A stretch of DNA of 63,452 nt, the filler included, from Reclinomonas americana ATCC 50394 (taxonomy: Eukaryota), in NCBI GenBank assembly GCA_048213135.1. It is 5 parts of 2 records of this genome, joined end to end, with 100 filler letters (N's around TTAATTAATTAA, not from the genome) between each part and the next. Parts side by side here need not be neighbours in the genome. Positions count along the whole stretch, not along the records: positions 1 to 14,573 come from PS015278.1; 4 more parts are not named here. The stretch is one strand, 5' to 3'. Below, piece by piece: positions 1-12,820 of the stretch. Under the pieces are notes generated by a model, which saw only the letters and a list, made by a program, of their open reading frames with translations, made no database searches and had not been told where the DNA came from. The stretch's first letter is position 1; the number at the start of each line of letters is the position of its first letter. Both the position numbers and the translations under genes were made by a program.

Positions 1-369
1 GAGGTCAGTGCCGCCGCCGCTGCCGCAGCCACGTTGCCTGCACCGCCTGCGCCGCCGTGCGGGTCGGAGATGGGACCCGTTGGCGTCACCGGTTGTGATG
101 ACGAGCCACTGCTAATGGGGAACGAGGTCGGAAGCAGATGTTGCACCAGCAGCTGCAACAACTGCGTCTGGCGCTGGTTCTCGCTCATCAGCTCGCGGAC
201 TTGGTGCGACAGCACGCCCAGGCTGTCGTGACTCGGCGACTGTGCCTGCGCGTGACTGCCGGAGACCGGTGTATGCGTCGCTGGCGATGGCGTCGTCTTG
301 GGAGTGGTGGCCTTGGGCGGCTTGCTGTCCGTGGTGAGCACCTCGAACCGGCCGCGCTGCGTCACTTGT
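1..369 (-). CDS. Gene fragment with RFxV motif and short coiled coil; resembles the C-terminal tail of OSR1/SPAK(fray)-like Ste20 kinases (partial)
   Basis: The minus frame is open across the contig: QVTQRGRFEVLTTDSKPP...SLGVLSHQVRELMSENQRQTQLLQLLVQHLLP. GRFxV followed by a coiled coil recalls fray/BLUS1-type kinase tails. No kinase domain is visible in the window. Confidence 0.4.
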
Positions 370-464
370 NNNNNNNNNNNNNNNNNNNNNNNNNNNNNNN
401 NNNNNNNNNNNNNNNNNNNNNNNNNNNNNNNNNNNNNNNNNNNNNNNNNNNNNNNNNNNNNNNN

Positions 465-966
465 TATGAGGCGTACGAGCGGTGGCGGCGGTGCGGGCTC
501 TGGGTCGTCGGCTGCCCACGGTCTCGATCTCACCTTTTCCGACTCGGCCGCGGCGTCGGCGACCGTGCCGAGTAATGCGGCGGGACACGGGGCGCCCACC
601 AATCTGCACGTGGTCGCTCCACCACACTCGGCGCCCAGCAGCGGCGCACCGAGTGGTAGCTCGTCACCCGAGTATCACGGCCACATTGCCGCATCGCCAC
701 CACGTGGTACATTACTCGGCACTGGTGCACTTGGCGAGCTCGGCTCCCCGCCCTTTGTGCAGCCAACGGTGCGCGATTACTGCAGCGTGTTTGTTTTGTG
801 GGGGGTAGGTTTGACGATATCCGCTGACACGTTGTTATTGCGTGCGCTGTAGAATCGAGTCACACTGCTGGAGGAGGAGGTGGCGACTCTGAAGGCGAAC
901 CTGGAGACGCTCACGGCGGAGAACCAGCGACTGAAGCGTGAGTTGGAGCGAAGGGGTGAAGAATGA
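465..966 (+). CDS. 3' end of a gene with a C-terminal leucine-zipper-like coiled coil (partial)
   Basis: S/G/A-rich exon to 768, intron GTGCGC...TAG 769-852, last exon NRVTLLEEEVATLKANLETLTAENQRLKRELERRGEE-TGA. Confidence 0.55.
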
Positions 967-1203
967 TCATGAGAGAGGGGACTTGCAGTTTTGTCGGCAA
1001 TCAGCAGGAAACGGGTGGGAGATGAGTGTACTTTTTTCTTCGTTTTACTGGCGGCTAGTTTGTATGGGCCAATCAACAACGGAGTTGTACAATCGATGAT
1101 CGATTGCGTCCGTTTGCAAAACTTCTCATTGGAGTGCGAGAGAAGGCAAAAAGCATCGTGCACACACTCTCACGCACGCGCACGTGTGTGGGAGAGAGAG
1201 AAG

Positions 1204-2336
1204 ATGGGCGGCACATGCTCCTCAGCTCCCGCCCAGTTGTCGACCATGATGGCACGCGGTGCGTCGAGTGAATCATACAGAAAAACAGGATTCAGTGTTT
1301 ATGTCTCCTCACCAGCTCACACTCGTCAACACAGAGGCATCTCGCACCAACTCCGCTGAGCAACTGGCCAGCGTCAAGGCCAACAGCGCGCCAGCATCTG
1401 CGCGAGCCGGCACACCGCCTGTTGGAGGCGATCGAACGGGCTCAGGCATGTGGTTTATTGACAATCGACCGGCCTCGCAAGGCGGCACAGCAGCAGCGAG
1501 CAAGTCACACAGTCGCTCTTACCTCGTACAAAAGAGCGCCTCACACTCACGAGCGATGCGCACCAACTCACTGACGACGACGACGGCGAAACGCGTGCAA
1601 TCAATCGATCGCACTCGTGCGGGTGGCAGCGACTCGTCCTCTGTGCGCATGTCGACGCCACCACCTGCGGCGCCAACGTCGACATCGACATCGTCGGCGT
1701 TGCCTGCGCGGAAGCCTGCGCTGCGGACGGGCATCTTCCCGCGCATGACTCGACACAGTTACAGTGTCGAGGACTTTGAGAAGCTGGACTTGGAGGAGGA
1801 GGTGGTGGTGGCGGAACAGGCGCCAGCACGAGACAAGGTACGCCGCACACACACACACGCGCCGAGCGAGGGAGAGAGACAGAGGGGACATGTGTGATCA
1901 ATCAGCCGTTTCAATCATGATCGGCATTTGCCCGTTTTGGAGGGTGTCTTTTCTTCTTCTCACATTCAGTCGAACATGGGCTGGCGTGCAGACACCTCCA
2001 CGACACGTGGTGTTTACCGAATCGGTGGCTGTCAGCACCTTCTGTTTGCCGTCCAGCGACAGCGACATGTCGGCATCGGCATCGTCGCCATTAGGTGACT
2101 TGTCGCAGGGCAGCTCGGGGATTGGCGCACTCGGCAGCACCATCATGGAGCCGCTGGCCAGCGGCCTCAGTCCGCGCACCAAGTGCAGGAGGCGCAAGGA
2201 CGGCAGCAAGCTGACCGAGGGCGACAAATTCGTGCCCACTTCCTGGTCGGCCTCGCGGAGAGTCGGATACGGGGCCGGTGACTCGTCGGGCGATTTGCTG
2301 GCGTCTGCGGAGGCCGCCGAGTCGTCGAGGCGGTAG
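1204..2336 (+). CDS. Low-complexity Ser/Thr-rich protein with N-terminal MGxxCS dual-acylation motif; 3 exons
   Basis: ATG 1204 MGGTCSS; introns 1259-1334 and 1838-1991 (both GT-AG) keep the frame; stop TAG at 2336. Contains an RVxF-like RHVVF motif. Confidence 0.55.
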
Positions 2337-2450
2337 CACAGCGCCACTGTGCGGGACAGCATGTTGAATCGCCATCATCATTGTAATCACAACAACAATC
2401 AATTGTGTACATTCGTCGTCGTCGTCAACAAAAAACCACCACTCACTCAC

Positions 2451-3685
2451 TCACTTGTCTCCGTCGCCATCCGATAACGATGCAGGCGAGGCGGAGCCAC
2501 TGAGAGCCTCCTCCTCGTCGCTGCTCTCATCCAGCGCCGTCAGCGGCACCCAGAACGCGACACGCAGCAGCGCAAACGTGCCGGGGTAGTCGGTGCTGTG
2601 CACGTTGCAGATGAGCGCGTGCTGGCCACTCAGCGGCGGCAACGCGTTCGATCCACTGGCGCCCTCCGCTGCCGCGGCGACCGCGTCTGGCGATGCCGAC
2701 AGCAGAGTGGCCAGCGTCAGCGAGCCCTCGTCCTGGTTGGTGAGGCGGTATGTCGTCGGCGCACAGTGAATCACCGCCGGCCCACCGTGCGAGCGCACGC
2801 TCAGATCGACCCCCAGCTCGCCACTGGCCGGCATGTAGGCAATGGGGTGTTGCATGGAGCCGTACAGACCCACAACGAGACCGTCGTACGTCTCTCCGTC
2901 GCAAGTCTGGCGTGTGGCATACTGCACGGCCAGCTGCTGCGAGGCGCGCAAGTCGACATACACTTGCCGATGTGCGACTGGCAGTGGAGGCAGCGAGACG
3001 CGCGTGGAGCCTCCGGCGGAACCACCATTGCTGCGCGAACTGATATCGGTGTCCATGGACTCCACCGCCAACGACATGCCGCCGTCGGCGGACTCACGAA
3101 TGACCAGCTGCGGTCGCGCCTTGGCGGCGACCGCCTCGGCCGTCTCTCGCACCACCACACGCATCTCGGCGCCCGACGGGCCCCACATCATGCTGGCGGT
3201 GCCGCCGCACGTGCCGTCAATCGTGATGACGCTGTCGTCGCGGAGGCGAATTACGCCATGATGCAGCGGACCGGCATTCTGGCGACGGAGCAGATCCTGG
3301 CCCTGCGCGTAGAACACGTCGAGCGGCATCACCACTGCGCTTGTACGGTTGCCAAACGCGCCCGAACCGCTGGTGCCCCCGCGCGCACCATTCCGGAAGG
3401 GTGCCAGGGCGCCCTTTTGCGCCGACGACGGTGCGCTCGCGGAACGCGATGGTGTGGTCGACACGCGATCACGCCGCCACCGCCGCTGCAACGACGCCTG
3501 CTGCTCCTCTCCACGATCCACATTGGCATCGTCGACATCCATATCATCGACCTCGTCGTTCTCTCCCTCCTCATCATCCTCATCCTCGTCGTCCTCATCG
3601 TCGTCCTCGTCGTCGCTGCTGTGCAGCGACTCGCCAATCTGCGATCCGCCGCTCTCGGCACTTGTCCGACCGCGTCCGCGCTGTG
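2451..3685 (-). CDS. Hypothetical protein with an acidic N-terminal tract and a globular-looking C-terminal half (5' end probably in gap)
   Basis: ~410-codon open frame with coding-like GC3 bias and a D/E tract; possible acceptor ...TTGGCACAG near 3683. No family recognised. Confidence 0.55.
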
Positions 3686-4463
3686 CCAAGATGATCCACG
3701 GTCAGTGATGCCGCAGACTTATGTCGTGGCTCNNNNNNNNNNNNNNNNNNNNNNNNNNNNNNNNNNNNNNNNNNNNNNNNNNNNNNNNNNNNNNNNNNNN
3801 NNNNNNNNNNNNNNNNNNNNNNNNNNNNNNNNNNNNNNNNNNNNNNNNNNNNNNNNNNNNNNNNNNNNNNNNNNNNNNNNNNNNNNNNNNNNNNNNNNNN
3901 NNNNNNNNNNNNNNNNNNNNNNNNNNNNNNNNNNNNNNNNNNNNNNNNNNNNNNNNNNNNNNNNNNNNNNNNNNNNNNNNNNNNNNNNNNNNNNNNNNNN
4001 NNNNNNNNNNNNNNNNNNNNNNNNNNNNNNNNNNNNNNNNNNNNNNNNNNNNNNNNNNNNNNNNNNNNNNNNNNNNNNNNNNNNNNNNNNNNNNNNNNNN
4101 NNNNNNNNNNNNNNNNNNNNNNNNNNNNNNNNNNNNNNNNNNNNNNNNNNNNNNNNNNNNNNNNNNNNNNNNNNNNNNNNNNNNNNNNNNNNNNNNNNNN
4201 NNNNNNNNNNNNNNNNNNNNNNNNNNNNNNNNNNNNNNNNNNNNNNNNNNNNNNNNNNNNNNNNNNNNNNNNNNNNNNNNNNNNNNNNNNNNNNNNNNNN
4301 NNNNNNNNNNNNNNNNNNNNNNNNNNNNNNNNNNNNNNNNNNNNNNNNNNNNNNNNNNNNNNNNNNNNNNNNNNNNNNNNNNNNNNNNNNNNNNNNNNNN
4401 NNNNNNNCTTGCTGAACGATGCATAAGCATGATAGCTTGCTGTTCTACCTACATCCACCGATA

Positions 4464-5005
4464 AAGGCACTCAGACGCGAGAGAGAAAAGAGAAGAGAGA
4501 AGGCAGGGAGACTAGGAGGAGAGACAACCGCAGCTTGGACTTGGACACGCTGTAGGCTATGAAGAGGGGCGATCGCTTGCTCGGTCACCAGCATGCACCG
4601 GTCAAGGCATTCAGACAAGAGAGAAGGGGGGAGAGAGAGAAGAGAGAGAGAGAGAATGAGAGGAGAGGGAGAGACGACTTCAGCGTCGGCTTGGACTCGT
4701 TGAAGGCGATGCTGGCGGCGTGATCGTTAGTTCGTTCATCAGCACTGGTCAAGGCATTTAGAAGAGAGAGAAGGGGAGAGAGAGAGAGAGACAAGACGAG
4801 GCTAGAAGAGAAGAGCAACAGCTTCGACTTGGACTGGCTGATGAGCAAGTTCGTTTACTGTTCTACTAGTAGTATGCACCGATTAGCGCACGCAGAGACC
4901 NNNNNNNNNNNNNNNNNNNNNNNNNNNNNNTCCAAGTCGAAGCTGCTGCCCTTCTCTCCTCCTATCCCTCTCTTTCTCTCTCCTTCTCTCACTCGCCTGT
5001 GGCAC
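4464..5005. repeat. Degenerate ~140-147 bp tandem repeat (3 copies) plus one inverted partial copy
   Basis: Units start AAGGCA(C/T)T(C/T)AGA at 4464, 4604 and 4751, then a GA-rich tract, then CAGC(T/G)T(C/G)G(A/G)CTTGGAC. 4931 TCCAAGTCGAAGCTG is the reverse complement of the motif near 4819-4833. Confidence 0.7.
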
Positions 5006-5877
5006 CTTCTGTCGCTTCTTGCGCATGCGCAGTTGACTGTGCACGGCATTCTTCAGCGACTGCTCACAGCGATCGGGGAAGAACTCCTTGCAGATGAGCG
5101 TCCACTTGTTGCCGTACTGCTGCTGCGCGCGAAACAACAACTCGCGCTCCGCCTGTGTCAGTGGCTCCGTGTTCAATCCCGCTCGCAAGTGGTTCAAGTA
5201 CCGCTCTCGACACTGCTTCCCAGTGCGGTCTGCACACACNNNNNNNNNNNNNNNNNNNNNNNNNNNNNNNNNNNNNNNNNNNNNNNNNNNNNNNNNNNNN
5301 NNNNNNNNNNNNNNNNNNNNNNNNNNNNNNNNNNNNNNNNNNNNNNNNNNNNNNNNNNNNNNNNNNNNNNNNNNNNNNNNNNNNNNNNNNNNNNNNNNNN
5401 NNNNNNNNNNNNNNNNNNNNACACACACACAGGCAAGGAGAGAAGAGAGAAGAGAAGAGAGAGAGAGAGCGTGCGTGTGAGGGTATGTCTGACATCGCAC
5501 CCCGCGCAACTCACACACGCGTTCACACAAGGAGAGAGAGACGGAGAGAGGGGGGAGAGAGAAGCATACATGCACACACACGTGCACACAGAGACAAACA
5601 GAGAGAGAGACACGACACACTCACCGCCGAATTCCTCTGCAATCTCAGTCCATCGCTGACCGCGTGTGTCGACGAGCTCCACCAGTCGCTTGTCCTCCTG
5701 CAAACACACACAGACACACACACGCGCACACTGTGTGTGAGCAACACACAACTTGTCACTCTCTACTCTCTCTTCTCTCTCTCTCACCTCCACTCCCCAT
5801 CGCTTGCGCCGCTTATTGCGACTCTCGCTGCCATTGGCGTTGACGGGTGCACCGTTCTTGCTGCCACCACCACTCAT
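5005..5877 (-). CDS. R2R3-MYB transcription factor (3' end unresolved)
   Basis: Spliced product: MSGGGSKNG...KRWGVE|EDKRLVELVDTRGQRWTEIAEEFG|DRTGKQCRERYLNHLRAGLNTEPLTQAERELLFRAQQQYGNKWTLICKEFFPDRCEQSLKN. These are classic MYB repeats, joined by GT-AG introns. Confidence 0.9.
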
Positions 5878-6433
5878 GTCACGCGCGCACACACAGAGTC
5901 ACAGTCACGACATGATGTGATGGGTGTCATCACTGCACATCATCCGCCGTATGTGTTCTTCCGTCGCGCGTGCGCATGCCGGGCAAGCTCACGTCAATCA
6001 TGGTGATGGTGATGGAGACAGATTGTGATGTGCAGAGAGGGTGTTGGCGCGCATGAAACGCAGCGACGGAAGACAAGTGAGACAGCGGATCCGGACACGA
6101 CGTTACGTTGCAATGGATCGACGCCGACACAGCGACGACGATTGCTGCGTTGCTGCTGCTGACAGTACGTGACACTGTGCAACCTCCAAGCAGTCGTGTT
6201 GCAACGAGACAGCTTGCACAGCGATGTCCGCTGCGTGTCCTTCACGATCCGGACCGATCGCGGACCAGCAGCAGATCCACACACACGCGCGCGCGCGTTC
6301 TTCGTTACCAGCAGTCTTCCTCTTTGCCATACTACACAGCTTGCCTCCGCCTTGCAAGAGCAATCGTGTTCGAATTCGCGATCAGAGCGGTCCTGCGAGC
6401 ACCGCAAACTTCGAAGCGACTCTCCCGAGAGCA

Positions 6434-9400
6434 ATGGACGAGTACCTGTCGCAGCTCGATGCGCGACTGCAGTACCAGTCATCGCTGTCACCACGTGTGC
6501 CTGGTGGTGCACAGCAGCAGCAACAGCAGCAGCAACAGTCGCCACCTGACTATCTCACGGTGTGCTCACTCTGACTGGTGCTCTCTCTTCATGTGTGTGC
6601 GTGTGCGTGCCTCTCACATTGCACTTGTGCAGAGCACACACGCCAAGAACGTGATCGCCTCACTCGAGTCGAAACTGCGTATTTCGGCCGAGGAGAAGGA
6701 CGCCATCTTTGCAGAGGTGCAACGCCTGCGCGTGCAGCTGGATGAGCGTGCGCAGTCGAACCTGCGCGAGCGGCGCCTGTTGGAGGAAGAGTGCGCCACG
6801 TTGCGGCGGCAGCTGCTGGGCATGGAGCAGAGTTGGCAGGAGGAGCGTGCCGTGCTGGTCGACATGGCCGAGGAGAACTCGCGCACCATCGCCGAGCTGC
6901 AGAGGGCGCTCTCTGTCGCCACCACCTATGCGCAGTTGCAGGCGACTGGTGCGCCCAGCTCGCCTGCGCCACCGGGGAGCGCAACGCTCAATGTCGTGCA
7001 GTCGCCAGCCGCGCAAATGAGGTTCCGCTCTTGCTCTTGCCACTCACTCTCATCTCCAGCTGTGTCTCACACGCGTGTGTTGTGGTGCAGGGAAGCGGAG
7101 CTGTTGCGATCGCAGCGTGATGAGCTGGAGCGCACAGTCAACTCACTGCATCAGCGATTGGAGGAGTCGCGCGATGAGGCGCGGCGATCGCAGGAGGAGA
7201 CGGTGCGCGAGTTGGACGCGTTGCGAGCGGTGATGGAGGAGCGTGATCAGATTGCGGCGGCGGAGCGAGCGGAGTTGAGCGATGAGGTGATGACGCTGCG
7301 TGCGCAGTTGGCGGAGCGCGATCGTCTGCTGTTGGGCGAGCGCAAGATTGCGGCGGCCGATATCGATGTGTTGCAGCGAACGAGCACGGAGAAGGAGCGA
7401 TTGTTGGAGCAGCGCTTGCGCGACATGCAGGGCCAGTTGAAGCGTGCACAGGCGGCGGCTGCGGCTGCGCAACCGTCTGGTCCTGATCCTGCCATGGTGG
7501 CGGCGGAGATGCAGCGCTTGCGGGACGAGGTGGCCAAGATGGAGGCGCACTCGGCGCTGTTGATGGAGGAGAAAGCGAGTCTCGAGCGGGAGCACCGGCA
7601 GACGCTGCGGTTGAGTGCCGAGCGACAGACCTCGTGGGAGCGTGAGTGGCGAGAGCAGACGCAGGCGTTGCGTGAGGAGGTGGCCGAGTTGCGACGACGT
7701 GAATCGTCCACGACGCAGGAGTACGGAAAAACGCTGCAGATGGTGGTGCGTTCATCGTTGTTGTTTCATCCGGCGACAAACCACCGTCACTCACTGACTG
7801 TGTGAGTGCAGGAGGAGCAACGGTCCACAGAAATCAGTCGCATGCGCATGCTGGAGGAGGAGGTGACGACGCTCAAGCAGGTGAATGCGCAGCTGTTGAC
7901 GATGGGTGAGGAGCGGGAGCGCACACTGGCCGAGGTGGCGGAGCGTTGCGAGAGTGAGAACTACCGACTGTCCTCCGCACTGCGTCGGGAGCAGCAGCAG
8001 GTGCTACAGCTGCAAGGTGGGCGATACACGAGTGCGTGCTGTGCTGCCATTCTTTCGCTCAATCTGTGACGATCACAGAGAACTGCTCGGCGCTTCTGTC
8101 GCAGTTGTCACGTGCCAGCAATGGTCAGACACCGTCGGAGGAGTTGGAGCGTGCACGTGCTGATGCAGCGTCGTTGCGCGAGGCCATGGTGGTGATGCAG
8201 CGCACCAATGCCGAGCGTGCCACCGAAATCACGCGCCTCTCGCAGCTGGTGCAAAAGGCGCGTACCGATGCCGACATGGGTGTGCGCAAGGCGGAGCAGC
8301 GAGCGTCGGAGCTTGAGGAGCAGCTGAAGCAGGCGCGTGTCGAGTACCGTGAGGTGCTGGCACGTGGCGGGCAGAATGTGGTGACGGAGATGCGCACGGA
8401 GCGCGACTTGACGCATTGGAGGTCGCTGATTGAGCAGCTGCAGTCGCAGTTGAAGTTGTCGCAGGACGATGCCGCGCGTCGGTGCGTGTTGCATCTCTCT
8501 TTTCTTTCATTGTTGTGCGTACTCACGCCACACCATCACCCACCGCAGGCAACAAGAGTTTGGCAACGAGCTGCAGCGTCGTGCGGCGACAGAGGAGGCA
8601 CTGCGCAGCCACGCAGCGCGACTTGAACACGAGTTGGCACTCTCCAAATCGGAGGCGGAGAGCATTGAAAAGTCGTTGGCGACGGAGCTGTCGTCGCTGC
8701 GTGAGGAGTCGTCGATGTTGCGGCGGTCGCTGGAGGCGGAGCGTGAGCAGTGCGCGGCGTTGCGGGTGACGGCAGAGCGTGCGCGAAGTGAGCGAGTGGA
8801 GGCCGCAGACGACCTGTTGCGTGTGGTGCAACAGGAGCGTGGCCGTGTGGCCGAGGCGCGTGAGCAAATGTCGCAGATGCAGGCGCAACTGGATGCGGAA
8901 CGGTGTGGCCGCTCATGTTGTGTTGTTTTTTCTCTCACGGAAGGACACTCACTCGTTCACATGCACACACACACACAGTCAACAATACACTGCTGGCCTG
9001 CTGCGCACATCGCAGGCGTTCTCGGTGCGCATTGAGGAGTTGTCGAAGCAGCTGGAGACCTTTGCCGGCCCGCCGTCATCACGCGACTCGCGTCACGAGC
9101 ACGATGGTGAGATTGGATTGCTTGTTATGTTGCCCTTCCGCTCTGCTGACTTGCTTTGCTGTGCAGTGGAGGACGACAGCCAGCTGCGCGCTCTGGAGGT
9201 GCACTACCGACAGATGGAGGAGCACAGTCGGTCCACCGTTCGTGCTCTCCAGCAAGAGGTCGCCCGGCTCACCGACGAGTTGGCGACTCTGCGACAGGTG
9301 GGCTTCATATGTGCTGAGTGGACGACTGCGCGTCGACTTGACATGTGTTGTGCGTTGCGCTTGCTAGGTGGTGGTGCCGTTGCGAGATGGACTGGCCGCA

Positions 9401-12400
9401 GATCGCGATCAGCTCAGCCGATATCAGCAGCAGATGCACGAGTTCGCGCAGAGCCTGGAGCAATCCATTCAGGCGTCGCAGGAGGCGGGTGCCAATGGCG
9501 ACGAACGGTACTACCGCTTCTCTATCGTTTCCNNNNNNNNNNNNNNNNNNNNNNNNNNNNNNNNNNNNNNNNNNNNNNNNNNNNNNNNNNNNNNNNNNNN
9601 NNNNNNNNNNNNNNNNNNNNNNNNNNNNNNNNNNNNNNNNNNNNNNNNNNNNNNNNNNNNNNNNNNNNNNNNNNNNNNNNNNNNNNNNNNNNNNNNNNNN
9701 NNNNNNNNNNNNNNNNNNNNNNNNNNNNNNNNNNNNNNNNNNNNNNNNNNNNNNNNNNNNNNNNNNNNNNNNNNNNNNNNNNNNNNNNNNNNNNNNNNNN
9801 NNNNNNNNNNNNNNNNNNNNNNNNNNNNNNNNNNNNNNNNNNNNNNNNNNNNNNNNNNNNNNNNNNNNNNNNNNNNNNNNNNNNNNNNNNNNNNNNNNNN
9901 NNNNNNNNNNNNNNNNNNNNNNNNNNNNNNNNNNNNNNNNNNNNNNNNNNNNNNNNNNNNNNNNNNNNNNNNNNNNNNNNNNNNNNNGCCACTCTGCCAG
10001 CTGCACGCGGAACGTCTGCTGCTCCTCGGCGAGAGCGCGATCACGCTCCTCCACGGCTTTTTGCAACTTGGCGAGGCGATTCTTCACGTGCTTCTCGGCC
10101 TCCTCCTTGGCCGTGGCCACGCGTTGCTCCAGCTCGGCGATTTGTGCCTTCAGCGCACGCTGTATGTCGCACAGTAGAAGCGTGAGAAGCTGGCAACGAG
10201 TGCGCAACTCGGCAACATCGACACACCTTCTCTTCGCCCATCAACGAGTGTCGTGTGCCTGCCGACTTGCGCATCGATTGCAGCTCCGAGCGCAACTCGC
10301 GCAGTTCCTTCTCGTACGCCTGCGACACCTCGAGATTCGACTGACGCGTCTTCTCCAACTCGGCAGTCAATCGCGCCTTCTCCAGCTCCGCCACGTTGAC
10401 ACGCTGCTCCAGAGCACGCAGCTGATCCTGCGAAGCACGAGGAGCACGCGGCGTGGCGCCGCCTGAAGCCGCCGCCGACGATCCTCCACTGCGACTCTCG
10501 GCACCCTCAGCTCCCGCCGCTGGTGCGGGGGCGGCGGCATGCACAGGCGACGACACGGCACTCAGTGTGGCCACCATCGCCAGTCGTCTCTCCTCCAGCG
10601 TGTTCAGCCGATCGAGTGCGTCACGAATGCGCTCCAACTCGGCTGGTCTTCTGTCGGCCAGGTAACCACGAATGACGCGCAGTCTGCACACACAGCGTGT
10701 TGGTCACTCATTTTTACAAGTCGTGGGGNNNNNNNNNNNNNNNNNNNNNNNNNNNNNNNNNNNNNNNNNNNNNNNNNNNNNNNNNNNNNNNNNNNNNNNN
10801 NNNNNNNNNNNNNNNNNNNNNNNNNNNNNNNNNNNNNNNNNNNNNNNNNNNNNNNNNNNNNNNNNNNNNNNNNNNNNNNNNNNNNNNNNNNNNNNNNNNN
10901 NNNNNNNNNNNNNNNNNNNNNNNNNNNNNNNNNNNNNNNNNNNNNNNNNNNNNNNNNNNNNNNNNNNNNNNNNNNNNNNNNNNNNNNNNNNNNNNNNNNN
11001 NNNNNNNNNNNNNNNNNNNNNNNNNNNNNNNNNNNNNNNNNNNNNNNNNNNNNNNNNNNNNNNNNNNNNNNNNNNNNNNNNNNNNNNNNNNNNNNNNNNN
11101 NNNNNNNNNNNNNNNNNNNNNNNNNNNNNNNNNNNNNNNNNNNNNNNNNNNNNNNNNNNNNNNNNNNNNNNNNNNNNNNNNNNNNNNNNNNNNNNNNNNN
11201 NNNNNNNNNNNNNNNNNNNNNNNNNNNNNNNNNNNNNNNNNNNNNNNNNNNNNNNNNNNNNNNNNNNNNNNNNNNNNNNNNNNNNNNNNNNNNNNNNNNN
11301 NNNNNNNNNNNNNNNNNNNNNNNNNNNNNNNNNNNNNNNNNNNNNNNNNNNNNNNNNNNNNNNNNNNNNNNNNNNNNNNNNNNNNNNNNNNNNNNNNNNN
11401 NNNNNNNNNNNNNNNNNNNNNNNNNNNNNNNNNNNNNNNNNNNNNNNNNNNNNNNNNNNNNNNNNNNNNNNNNNNNNNNNNNNNNNNNNNNNNNGCCTGC
11501 ACGAACGCAACCGAGCGGCGGCCTCGGAGGAGGAGGTGCGTCGTCTGACGGATCAGACGCGCTTGTTGAAGGAGATGGAGGAGGAACGTGAACGGTGAGT
11601 GCACACACATCCTTGCTTTGTCGAGGACGAAGGGGAAGAAGAGTGACTGACACGTGTGTGCAGGCAAGCAGCCGCTGAGAAGCAAGCCACTGCTGCGCTG
11701 CTGGAGCAGCTGTATCGGCAACTGGAGGGCGAGAGGCAGTCGGCGCGGACGCAGTTGGAGGAGATGCGTGGGGAGATTGAGCGTCGACAGCGGGCACTGA
11801 ACGACACGGAGCAGCAGCTGCGCGAGGAGCGTGACCTGTTTGCCGAGCAGCGCACACAGTACGAGGAGCGGCTGTCTGTGTTGCAGAGGTCGCTGTCGGA
11901 GGGAGGGCGTCACTTGACGGAGAATCTGTCGCGCCTCAAGCACGACGAGACGGAGCGTTTGAACGAGCTCATCAAGGAGAACAGCCGTCTGCATCAGCAG
12001 ATTGAGCGCATGCGACAGGAGATGGCCGAGAAGGAGCTGTCGACGTATCGCGAGTTCAAGGACATTCAGCAGTCGTTTGATCGCTTCCAGCAGCTGAGTC
12101 GAGATCGCGAGCGTATGCTGCAAGGCACCGCCTCCGCCAACGAGCCACCATACATCCCGCGGCTTTCCTCTGCCGCCAATGGCGGCTTGGGCATGGCGGC
12201 GGCGGCCGGTGGCAAGGCGTCTGTATTGCAGGACAATGCACTGTCACTGCCGGCATGTTGCGTCTCTCTTCTGCGCCACACTTCCATCTTTTTTCTTGTC
12301 ATCGTGCTGACTGCTCGTTTCTCCACCAGCATCGGGTGCCAGCAGCAGCACCATTCGCACGCCCATGTCGCAGACGCCACCAGTGGCCTCGGTACCGACT

Positions 12401-12694
12401 GCTGCAAGCAGCGGTGGCTACGGCGGCAGCAACGACACCGACACTCCACTGTCGCTCTCGGAGCTGGTGGCTCGTCGTCTTCAGGCGCCGACACCCTCCG
12501 CCGACACCGCAGCCTCCACCGTCTCACCCATCCGCGCACCAGGAGCCGCCGTGGCCGGAGTCGCCGCGCTCTCCTCCTCGGCTGCATCGGCACTACGCCC
12601 CGCATCGGTGGGATCGGTCGGACTGCGCGAGGGCTCACCAATCTCCACTGCCACACTCTCCGAGTCCAGTCCACCACCGAGCAGCGAGCGATAG
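6434..12694 (+). CDS. Very long coiled-coil protein (centrosome/cytoskeleton-like), multi-exon, interrupted by gaps
   Basis: ATG 6434 MDEYLSQLDARLQY; E/R/Q/L-rich heptad exons joined in frame by GT-AG introns; S/A/P-rich tail ending TAG 12694. The contig 9988-10728 codes coiled coil on the minus strand and is probably flipped. Confidence 0.75.
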
Positions 12695-12820
12695 ACTTTA
12701 ACACACAACTGTTGTACATTGTTTTTTGAGGGAGAGAGAGAGAGACGGATGTAATGCATGTACTTTGAGCGAGAAGAGCCCTGATGAATTTTCTCTCTGA
12801 CAACACACATACAAAAAGCG

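Noticed and set aside
9988-10728. Apparent antisense nested coiled-coil gene or inversion inside the 6.4-12.7 kb gene (similar strand switch at 1-369)
   Set aside because: Bounded by N-gaps and encodes the same kind of sequence as the host gene; a mis-oriented contig is the simpler explanation.
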